Below are positions 46,498 through 53,765 of a DNA stretch of 54,454 bases, in pieces. Numbering within the stretch: position 1 is the first letter of the stretch; every line of letters begins with the position of its first letter. Source of the stretch: an uncultured Candidatus Saccharibacteria bacterium (lineage in GTDB: Bacteria; Patescibacteriota; Minisyncoccia; Phycocordibacterales; UBA12079); the NCBI GenBank assembly GCA_964608745.1, contig CAZSPC010000002.1, positions 1 through 54,454 on the forward strand, written 5' to 3'. The position numbers were made by a program, and so were the translations under genes. The notes below the pieces were generated by a model. That model did no database searches and was not told the DNA's origin. It saw only the letters and a program-made list of their open reading frames with translations.

Positions 46498-46984
46498 GTA
46501 GGACTCGTCCCGCAGTTACTAACTATTTTTTTCGTCCTACGGACTCAAAAATAGTAAGTACTGCTGGACGCGGCACGGCGACAAGTCTAAATTTGAAGTA
46601 AAGGAGTATCGATAGGGTATTGATACCCTATCGATACCCCTTTACTTTAAATTTATCTTGTATCATACTGCTCGCTAAAGCAAGTGCCTTGCGCCGTTCG
46701 AGTCCTGCCCCGAAGGAAAACAATAAAGCCCCAATATTTCATATTGGGACTTAATTGTTTTTGCTCCGGCGGCAGGACTCGGTCACGAGTTACTAATTAT
46801 TTTTTTCGTCCTATGGACTCAAAAATAATAAGTACTCTCGACCCCAGCTCGACTGTTTCTTTCACTTCGTTTCAGAAACATGCCTGCGCTTTTCGAGTCC
46901 TGACGCAAGGTGTGCAGACACCTTGCTCCGCTCGGATCCAAAACAACAAAACAGCCCTACAAAAAGTAGGATTGTTTTGTTGTT
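46498..46984 (-). repeat. tRNA-Asn-linked array of hairpins and structured units
   Basis: Read on the minus strand, the layout is hairpin (46984-46938), unit B2 (46935-46763), hairpin (46762-46717), unit B1 (46716-46498). B2 ends in 19 nt identical to the tRNA-Asn 3' end. Confidence 0.8.
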
Positions 46985-47060
46985 GGCTCCGGCGGCAGGA
47001 CTCGAACCTGCGACCCAGCGATTAACAGTCGCTTGCTCTACCAACTGAGCTACGCCGGAA
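46985..47060 (-). tRNA. tRNA-Asn (anticodon GUU), CCA encoded
   Basis: The reverse complement folds as TCCGGCG-TA-GCTC-AGTTGGTA-GAGC-A-AGCGA-CTGTTAA-TCGCT-GGGTC-GCAGG-TTCGAGT-CCTGC-CGCCGGA-G-CCA. Confidence 0.93.
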
Positions 47061-47266
47061 TGTTACAATATTCAATTTTAAATTTAATTCCATGCGTAGT
47101 GATGTTTTTCGCAAGCGACTGTAAAAGGATTTGCTCTTCCCTTTATCGTCCTGTCTCACTTCGTTCGACTTGGACGATTTCCTCACTTTGTTCGGAACCA
47201 CCTGAAAACCTTAAACGGTTTTCAGCCAACTGACCATACGCCGGAATGTTACAATATTCAATTTTC
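47061..47266 (-). repeat. Duplicated tRNA-Asn 5' end plus upstream flank, with about 146 nt between the copies
   Basis: ccaactgagctacgccggaatgttacaatattcaatttt (47042-47080) is repeated as ccaactgaccatacgccggaatgttacaatattcaatttt (47227-47266). Confidence 0.8.
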
Positions 47267-47372
47267 AAAATGAACTTCTATATCTTATCAAAAAAACAGA
47301 AAATGTGAAGAGTTTGGTTTTACTAATGTAGAGGTGGTATAATCTAATTATTAAAACTAATTCAGAACAATT

Positions 47373-48266
47373 ATGAAAAACACAATTATTTTAATCTTAC
47401 TAATTATCATCGGTTTTGGTGGGTATTATTTTTTAAAAAATTCATCGGAAAATCAAGAATCCCAAAATCAAATAAATACTGAAACAAATCAAAACTCACA
47501 GGCGACCACAACGGTTGAGGATAAAACAAAAACTATTATCGGAAAATCTGTTGGGGGCGAAGATATCGTTGCTTATCACTACGGAGAGGGGGAGACGGAA
47601 GTTTTATTTGTTGGAGGAATTCACGGAGGTTATGGCTGGAATACTGCTTTACTGGGATACGAAGCAATGGATTATCTAAAAGCTAATCCGGATATGATTG
47701 CAACGAGTACCAAAGTAACAATCATCCCGGTTCTAAATCCAGATGGTTTAGAAAAAGTAGTTGGTACAACAGAAAAATTTGACTCAACCACCGCACCGAC
47801 AAATACAGAAAAAATTACAGAAGGTCGGTTCAATGCAAGTGAGGTTGATTTGAATCGAAACTTTGATTGCGATTGGGCTTCAGAAGGTAAGTGGCAAAAC
47901 AAAACAGTTAGTGGAGGAACAGAGGTATTTTCAGAACCGGAAGCAAAAGCTATCAAAAATTATGTAGAAAAAAATAATCCAAGTGCAGTTGTGGTTTGGT
48001 ATAGTGCGGCGGGAGGAGTTTACTCATCAAGTTGTCACAATGGAATTTTGGAAGAAACAAAAGACCTAACTAATGCCTATGCTGATGCGTCTGGTTACAA
48101 AGGATATGATGAATTTGAGTCATATGAAGTAACAGGTGATTTAACTAATTGGTTGGCTAAAATAGATATTCCGGCAATTAGTGTACTTTTGAGTAATCAT
48201 GAAGATGTTGAGTGGGAGGAGAATAAAAAGGGTATTGAAGCAGTGCTAAATTACTTTGATAAATAA
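47373..48266 (+). CDS. M14-family carboxypeptidase-like protein, probably non-catalytic
   Basis: TM anchor and DLNRNFDCDW. Positions equivalent to the metal ligands of the paralog read HGGYGW and VWYS instead of HGGYEW and FWHS. Confidence 0.7.
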   Translation: MKNTIILILLIIIGFGGYYFLKNSSENQESQNQINTETNQNSQATTTVEDKTKTIIGKSVGGEDIVAYHYGEGETEVLFVGGIHGGYGWNTALLGYEAMDYLKANPDMIATSTKVTIIPVLNPDGLEKVVGTTEKFDSTTAPTNTEKITEGRFNASEVDLNRNFDCDWASEGKWQNKTVSGGTEVFSEPEAKAIKNYVEKNNPSAVVVWYSAAGGVYSSSCHNGILEETKDLTNAYADASGYKGYDEFESYEVTGDLTNWLAKIDIPAISVLLSNHEDVEWEENKKGIEAVLNYFDK

Positions 48267-48272
48267 TTCACC

Positions 48273-48391
48273 TTCGTCTTTGCGAGCGAAGCGTGGCAAT
48301 CCAGGCTTTTGCTTGCTTTGGCAAGCAGAATATTTAGGTTCGCCAAGGCGAACCAACGTCTGGATTGCTACGCTTCGCTCGCAAAGACGAA
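48273..48391. repeat. Composite GC-rich palindromic element
   Basis: The arms are ttcgtctttgcgagcgaagcgtggcaatccag and ctggattgctacgcttcgctcgcaaagacgaa. They enclose two small hairpins. Related half-sites lie at 12048-12078, 16676-16714 and 38441-38473. Confidence 0.85.
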
Positions 48392-48426
48392 CCTCCTCAG
48401 ACGGTTCGTCTTGAAGTTTAGTAAAA

Positions 48427-48681
48427 AATAAAAACCCCGTATAATCACAAAAAGTGATTATACGGGGGTGGGAACTGGTTCGAGAAGCATATCCCACAAT
48501 TTGTTTACTTCTCGAGAAGACCACATTTTTCGCCCTCACCCACGGGTCTCCATACGGGGAGGTAGCTATCCCTGTTTATCCTCATTGCGACCGGGAAACG
48601 TCATTGCAATAAGACCAAGCTGTTGGCGGATACTAACCGGTGCCCGCTTGGCGACACCAGTTTGCCGGACCATCAATTTCT
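48427..48681 (-). ncRNA. Stand-alone structured RNA candidate of about 255 nt, class not identified
   Basis: On the minus strand the promoter is TTGACA (48715-48710)-N16-TGcTATACT (48693-48688). The body is about 50% GC by eye with several hairpins. The terminator is ccccgtataatcac/gtgattatacgggg followed by a U-run. No credible ORF is present. Confidence 0.6.
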
Positions 48682-48737
48682 ACGAGAAGTATAGCATACC
48701 AAAATTATTTGTCAAGCACTTTTTTAAGTTTTAAACT

Positions 48738-49592
48738 ATGTCAAAAAATAAATTATTTATTTTAATTATTATTTTAGTTATTCTTACAGGAATAAGCTTT
48801 TTTGCATGGCAAAAATATTCTAATGAACCAGAAGAAATAATCGAGCCAACTTTTAAACAAGAAGTTATTGGAAAATCTGTTGAGAGTAGAAATATAGAGG
48901 CTTACACATATGGTAATGGCTCTGAACACCTACTCTTTGTCGGTGGAATTCATGGTGGTTATGAATGGAATTCTGTTGTACTGGCTTATCGGTTTGTGGA
49001 TTATTTTGATAAGTACCCCGAAAATATTCCTGAAAATTTAAAGATAACTATTATCCCAAATTTAAATCCTGATGGAGTTTACAAAGTAGTCGGTAAAGAA
49101 GGAAGATTTTCTGGGGAAGATATTTTACCGGATGTTGATCAAACACTTGGACGATTCAACGCAAATGATGTTGATTTGAATAGAAATTTTGATTGTAATT
49201 GGCAAGCAACAAGTACTTGGCGAAGTCAGCCGGTTAGTGCTGGCACAAAAGTTTTTTCAGAACCGGAAGCCCGAGCCATCCGAGATTTTGTGCTCAAAAA
49301 TAATCCAATAGCTGTTGTCTTTTGGCATAGTCAGTCAAACGCAGTGTATGCGTCTGAATGTGAGGGGGGAGTTCTTCCTAAAACACTTGATATTATGAAT
49401 GTATATTCAGATGCTTCGGGTTACCCAGCAATAGATTCATTTGATGCTTATAAAATAACAGGAGATGCAGAAGGTTGGTTGGCTTCAATTGGAATTCCCG
49501 CTATTACAGTCGAACTCAGTACTCACGAAACGATTGAATGGAATAAAAATTTAGCAGGAGTAAAAGCTTTATTAAAATATTATGATCAATAA
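48738..49592 (+). CDS. M14-family zinc carboxypeptidase (membrane anchored)
   Basis: GGIHGGYEWNS, DLNRNFDCNW, FSEPEARAI and FWHSQSN. It is a paralog of 47373-48266. Confidence 0.8.
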   Translation: MSKNKLFILIIILVILTGISFFAWQKYSNEPEEIIEPTFKQEVIGKSVESRNIEAYTYGNGSEHLLFVGGIHGGYEWNSVVLAYRFVDYFDKYPENIPENLKITIIPNLNPDGVYKVVGKEGRFSGEDILPDVDQTLGRFNANDVDLNRNFDCNWQATSTWRSQPVSAGTKVFSEPEARAIRDFVLKNNPIAVVFWHSQSNAVYASECEGGVLPKTLDIMNVYSDASGYPAIDSFDAYKITGDAEGWLASIGIPAITVELSTHETIEWNKNLAGVKALLKYYDQ

Positions 49593-49737
49593 TTGACTTT
49601 TATATTCTTAAAGCGTAGGATTAAATCAAGAATTATTTAATGGTAATTTGGTCGTTTTTTATTAGTTATCTAATAAGTTTGTGTAAATAAGCATTATGAT
49701 ATTATTGATAATATCATAATAGTTTGTATATTTTATT

Positions 49738-51354
49738 ATGAAAAAAACCATTTTAATTATTATCATCCTGGTTATTTTGGCATTGATAATGTTTTTGATG
49801 CCGGTAAAAAATTTAATTGAAGATGATATAACATTAACAAGAATTGCATTTAGCGGAGAAAACTCTCCGCAGGGGTTGGTTTCCGTTCCTTTTGTTGAGG
49901 ACAGTACCAAATATTCTTTTATTAATATTGCAATCGATTTTAATCAAGACGGAAAAATTGAAGCCTACGATATTGAGGAGGGTGTTCAGGAAGAGTGGAT
50001 TGTTCAAAACATAGGAACAAGGGTTTTAAAAGACGAAGCAAATAATTTTGGTGTCTTTATTCCCGATATGGATATTGATACCCGAACTGATTTGGACGTA
50101 AAAATTCAGTTAAGTAAAAAAGAATTGAAAGATTATGAAGGAAAGAAGGTAATGCTAGATTCTCTTATTGCAAAAGTTGATACAGAAGATGTTGGCGAAT
50201 ATTACAGGCCTGATCCAGCAGGAGTACGAACCGGTGGTTTGCCATTTGATGCTTTAAAACCAACAGTTGCCTTTGCAAACAACTCTATTCCAAATACTCC
50301 ACCAGTATCATCTGAGGCTGGGAATGAACTAACTGGTGCAGGTGAAGGAGAAGCTACAGCAGGTGAAGAAACGCCAACACCAGCACGTCCGAATTTCAAT
50401 CAATTTCATCCCGGGGTGCCTGATTTAAATCAGGAAAGAAACGAATGTGTGCAGACTTCAGTTGCCAATTCGATTTTGTGGTTGGCAAAAGAATATAATT
50501 TTGAAGATAAATTACCAGCTGGTGGAAGTAACGCAATAATCAATGAACTGAAAAATGATATGAATTGGACAGCAAATGGTACAAATGTAGTGACAGATTT
50601 TATTCCTGGAAAAAATGCGTTTACTCGAAGGCATAATATCGCGATTGAAACTCATCAAGTGGGAGGAAGGTTTGATACTGGAATTGTTGCCAAGATTGCC
50701 GAAGAATTGAAAAAAGGCCAAGATGTTGAAATTGATATGGAGTATGGCCGATATTCTGCCGATGGAAGTTATCGTAGGGTTGGTGGGCATATGGTTACGG
50801 TAGTAGGTGCTTGGACGGCGGGAGATAGTCAATTCTTAGATATTCACGACCCACTTTCTAGAAGTTCTCGACCACTGGATATTTACAAAATAGACGGGAC
50901 AAGGGTGATTAATTATGCTTATCAAGGTACTGCGGTAACATATATTCGGTTTGCAATTGCCGAATCCCCAATTCCACCTGCTGTTATAGAGACATCAACC
51001 ACAACACCACCAGTAACAACTCCGCCCGAAGAAGACGAGGATGGTGAAGAGGGGGAGGGAGAAGTAGATGATGAAGAAGAAACAACTACAAGACCAACAA
51101 CTACCGAAATGGCATTTGGGCATGTTGCGCCGGGAAGTCATAGTGAGGTTTATCTTTCTGTTTCAACCAACCCTGGAACTTCTGTAACAGCTTCATTGTC
51201 TGGACCGGAAGTTGAAAATACTTCACCGGTTACAATTGTTGCGGATAGTAATGGCATAGCTTACTTTACCTGGAAAATATATCAGTACGGAACATACTCA
51301 GCATCAGTTGATACAAATGGAGAAAGGACTATGGATTCTGTGTTTGTGGATTAG
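49738..51354 (+). CDS. Large secreted protein with a papain-like (C39-like) cysteine peptidase core and a Thr/Pro/Glu-rich linker
   Basis: TM/signal segment. Candidate nucleophile in NECVQTSVANSILWL and candidate His in GGHMVTVVGAW. A TTTPPVTTPPEEDEDGEEGEGE linker is followed by a beta-rich C-terminus. Confidence 0.6.
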   Translation: MKKTILIIIILVILALIMFLMPVKNLIEDDITLTRIAFSGENSPQGLVSVPFVEDSTKYSFINIAIDFNQDGKIEAYDIEEGVQEEWIVQNIGTRVLKDEANNFGVFIPDMDIDTRTDLDVKIQLSKKELKDYEGKKVMLDSLIAKVDTEDVGEYYRPDPAGVRTGGLPFDALKPTVAFANNSIPNTPPVSSEAGNELTGAGEGEATAGEETPTPARPNFNQFHPGVPDLNQERNECVQTSVANSILWLAKEYNFEDKLPAGGSNAIINELKNDMNWTANGTNVVTDFIPGKNAFTRRHNIAIETHQVGGRFDTGIVAKIAEELKKGQDVEIDMEYGRYSADGSYRRVGGHMVTVVGAWTAGDSQFLDIHDPLSRSSRPLDIYKIDGTRVINYAYQGTAVTYIRFAIAESPIPPAVIETSTTTPPVTTPPEEDEDGEEGEGEVDDEEETTTRPTTTEMAFGHVAPGSHSEVYLSVSTNPGTSVTASLSGPEVENTSPVTIVADSNGIAYFTWKIYQYGTYSASVDTNGERTMDSVFVD

Positions 51355-51384
51355 AAATTAGTTAGTGAATTATGAGAAAAATTT

Positions 51385-51417
51385 AAACGCCCCAGTGTTT
51401 TTAGCACTGGGGCGTTT
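51385..51417 (+). terminator. Rho-independent terminator
   Basis: aaacgccccagtg-ttttta-gcactggggcgttt. Confidence 0.75.
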
Positions 51418-51500
51418 GGCATTTGGGGGGAGGTTGTGTATAATTAACTCTGAATTAAGGAAAATTATAATTATTTTGAGTGTGTGGGTTAGACCAACAT

Positions 51501-51609
51501 GCCCGTATTGAGTAACATCAAAAACTTTATTGATTGTTAAAAGCTTGCTTTTAACAATCAATAAAGTTTTTGATGTTTCAAATTTCTACGAAATTTGACT
51601 CAATAGGGC
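51501..51609. repeat. Nested palindrome with a 29-bp perfect inner stem
   Basis: The inner stem pairs 51516-51544 with 51547-51575 (catcaaaaactttattgattgttaaaagc). The outer stem is gcccgtattgagt / actcaatagggc. Confidence 0.85.
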
Positions 51610-51645
51610 CATATTTTTCTAATTCGCTTCGCTCATAAGAAAAAT

Positions 51646-51792
51646 ATGGCAAAAAGAAGTACAGGTATTGAGAAAAGAAAAACTTCTCGATCTAAAAAAA
51701 CAGCAAAAAGATTGATGGCTAAAAGAGAAATGTTGGTAAAGCGGGGGAAAATAAAATCTTTTGTTGAAGATAAAAAGAAAAACAAGAAATAA
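51646..51792 (+). CDS. 48-aa highly basic protein (MAKRSTGIEKRKTSRSKKTAKRLMAKREMLVKRGKIKSFVEDKKKNKK)
   Basis: Translated by hand from an ORF below the track cutoff. A terminator hairpin aaaaacaagaaat/atttcttgttttt overlaps the stop codon. The start codon lies inside an 11-bp hairpin. Confidence 0.45.
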   Translation: MAKRSTGIEKRKTSRSKKTAKRLMAKREMLVKRGKIKSFVEDKKKNKK

Positions 51793-51853
51793 ATTTCTTG
51801 TTTTTCTTTTTGTGATACAATTAATTATAGATTATTAGTAATTTAAAAAAAAT

Positions 51854-52036
51854 ATGTCTATTGAAGAAATTATTTTCTACTTATTATTGATAGATAGTGT
51901 TGGAGCTAATCTAGCTGTTTGGTTTAAATATCGAGGTTGGTATCCAAACTTTCTTTCAAAAAACTTTCCGTTAGTGAAAGGGTGGGCAGGATTGTATCTT
52001 GCGCTAGTTTTGTATATCTGGTACTTGACTTTTTAG
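51854..52036 (+). CDS. Small two-helix membrane protein
   Basis: 60 aa with two hydrophobic segments. Confidence 0.45.
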   Translation: MSIEEIIFYLLLIDSVGANLAVWFKYRGWYPNFLSKNFPLVKGWAGLYLALVLYIWYLTF

Positions 52037-52096
52037 GTGTTTTGGTGTTTAATGTAAGTAGATATTGGGATAACTTTAAAATTGAAGGAGGAAAAA

Positions 52097-52606
52097 ATGA
52101 AGAAAGGACTGTTGTTTTCATTGTTGCTCGCTGTAATTTTTGTTTCGTGTCCAGATTTTTCACATGCCAATACCATCTTTTTTTTAAAAATGGACGTGGA
52201 AAATTCAACCCAACCGATTCTGGTCATTGTGGAAGAAATTCGTAGTACCGAAAGCGATGATGTAATCTGGGTCTCTTCCTGTCTCAGCCAAAAAGGTTTT
52301 GATGCCAGCGATTTTATTTCGGCCATTATGGATCGCTTTGATGAAGTTTTTGGCTATGGCCGAAGTTCATTAGGGAGGGATGTGTTTATTCCAGATATGG
52401 TAGTTTGGAAAGGTGAGCCGTTTGCACAAACGATTGTGTTGACTCCTAGGAATGTAAGGGCTCCTAAGGAGGTTTTGGACAAGCTCGAATCCGGCCTCGA
52501 TATTCTTTTGGTCGGGGTTCAGAATCTTAGTGGTGAAATTTTTACCCGACAGGCTTATGTAGTTAACGTTCCTGAGGGTCTGTATAAAAATGTCGCCGAT
52601 AAATAA
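52097..52606 (+). CDS. Secreted hypothetical protein
   Basis: SD gaaggaggaaaaaATG and signal peptide MKKGLLFSLLLAVIFVSCPDFSHA. Confidence 0.65.
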   Translation: MKKGLLFSLLLAVIFVSCPDFSHANTIFFLKMDVENSTQPILVIVEEIRSTESDDVIWVSSCLSQKGFDASDFISAIMDRFDEVFGYGRSSLGRDVFIPDMVVWKGEPFAQTIVLTPRNVRAPKEVLDKLESGLDILLVGVQNLSGEIFTRQAYVVNVPEGLYKNVADK

Positions 52607-52702
52607 ATCTATACAATTGTTTTGGTGACGGCTTTCGTAAGAAAGCCGTCATTTTTGTTCTAAATCCTTTACTTTTTAGTTGTTTTATACTATTATCCCA
52701 AT

Positions 52703-53032
52703 ATGAATAAGAAAACATACATTATTATATTTATTGTTGTAATTGTTTTATTAGGAGTTTTCGCTTGGTATGTTGGTATGTTTGATAAAAAAGATGTTGT
52801 TTCAATTATTGAAACAAAAACACCAACAACTGAGAATATAGCTACAACAACAATCGAGATTTCAGATCCTGAACCAATTGTCGTTGTTAAACCTATTGTG
52901 CCAGTTCAAGAAAACAAACCAGCAACTTTGATGTCAATTTTGCCGTTACTGATGTTACTACTTGAAGCATTACAGGAGTTGGCGGTTGACTTAATCGATT
53001 TTAGAGACAACTATCTTCCAACAATAAAATAA
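52703..53032 (+). CDS. Membrane-anchored hypothetical protein
   Basis: N-terminal TM helix. A long imperfect hairpin follows at about 53036-53116. Confidence 0.5.
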   Translation: MNKKTYIIIFIVVIVLLGVFAWYVGMFDKKDVVSIIETKTPTTENIATTTIEISDPEPIVVVKPIVPVQENKPATLMSILPLLMLLLEALQELAVDLIDFRDNYLPTIK

Positions 53033-53190
53033 ACAAAACAAAAAACCGATTTTCGTTACCCGGCAACCTGCCTGTGTTGACCTAGTTGCCGGGTAACCCA
53101 AGAAAATTGGTTTTTTGTTTTATTGAATAAACATTGAGCAACTTGTTCTTAATTGTTATTATATAGATAGGTATTTAATAATTTTAAAAA

Positions 53191-53287
53191 GCGTTTAGCG
53201 TTTAGCGTTTAGGGTTGTAGTGAAAATAAAAAAATTTGCAAAGCAAATTTTCCCTATAACCCTAAACGCTAAGTCCTATACCCTAAT
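53191..53287. repeat. Inverted heptamer-periodic arrays around a central hairpin
   Basis: The left arm is gcgttta x3 plus gggttgt. The centre is aaatttgc-aaa-gcaaattt. The right arm is tataaccctaaacgctaagtcctataccctaa. A 19-nt core ccctaaacgctaagtccta also occurs at 14418-14436, upstream of pheT. Confidence 0.8.
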
Positions 53288-53290
53288 TAT

Positions 53291-53653
53291 ATGCGAAATT
53301 TAAAAATACAAGCTATTAATATTGAAATGACTGATGCGATTGATAAATATTTTAGAGAAAAAATGAATAGCTTGGATAAATTTATTGACCAAGACGATGA
53401 GTCGGTAGAATGTAATGCTCGCGTGAGTAAATCTTCGGGCAGTAGTCAATCGGGAGAATTTTTTAAAGCAGAAGTGAGTATTCACACAGCAGGAAAAAAT
53501 TATGGTGCTGTTTCTGAAAAAGATAACCTATATTCTGCAATCGACGATGTGCGCGATGCTGTGGTAAGAAAGATAACTACACATAAAGATAAAAAACAAT
53601 CACTTTTTAAAAAAGGTGCATTAAAAGCAAAAAAAATATTAAGAGGATTTTAA
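53291..53653 (+). CDS. hpf: Ribosome hibernation-promoting factor (HPF/RaiA family, short form)
   Basis: IQAINIEMTDAIDKYFREKM..., KAEVSIHTAGKNYGAVSEKDNLYSAIDDVRDAVVRKI. Confidence 0.88.
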   Translation: MRNLKIQAINIEMTDAIDKYFREKMNSLDKFIDQDDESVECNARVSKSSGSSQSGEFFKAEVSIHTAGKNYGAVSEKDNLYSAIDDVRDAVVRKITTHKDKKQSLFKKGALKAKKILRGF

Positions 53654-53665
53654 ATAAATAAGCGC

Positions 53666-53765
53666 TTAGGAATAAGGAATTAGGGGTTAGGGATGAATTT
53701 TGGCAAAGCCAAAATTCATCCAACCTCTTATTACCCCCTATTTCTCATTCCTTAGTCCTAAAAAC
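53666..53765. repeat. Heptamer-periodic array plus an imperfect palindrome
   Basis: ttaggaa taaggaa ttagggg ttaggga, then gaattttggcaaagccaaaattc, then a pyrimidine-rich mirror arm. Confidence 0.7.

Larger units (their letters stand above)
41897..46984. mobile_element. Decayed integrative island at the 3' end of tRNA-Asn
   Basis: It is bounded by direct copies of the tRNA-Asn 3' end (41897-41914 and 46763-46781, with the gene itself from 46985). It contains an excisionase-type HTH gene and a truncated serine recombinase. The cargo genes are unrelated to their neighbours. Confidence 0.55.

Noticed and set aside
46684-47233. ORFs 46684-47025 (+), 46862-47044 (-) and 47033-47233 (+).
   Set aside because: They span the tRNA-Asn gene and its flanking repeat units, so the coding potential is an artefact of GC-rich RNA-like sequence.
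47203-47246. On the minus strand, a hairpin AAACC-GUUUAAG-GGUUU following a tRNA-Asn-like 5' end. It could be read as an anticodon arm with UUA, which would make an ochre suppressor tRNA.
   Set aside because: No T arm and no acceptor 3' strand follow, and the D arm does not fold canonically. It is a tRNA 5' fragment fused to unrelated sequence.
48246-48734. ORFs 48246-48539 (-) and 48468-48734 (+), and the idea that the GC-rich RNA is tmRNA, RNase P RNA or SRP RNA.
   Set aside because: The ORFs cross a palindromic repeat and a terminator and have odd composition. The hallmark motifs of the three housekeeping RNAs were not found by eye, so the RNA is reported as unclassified.
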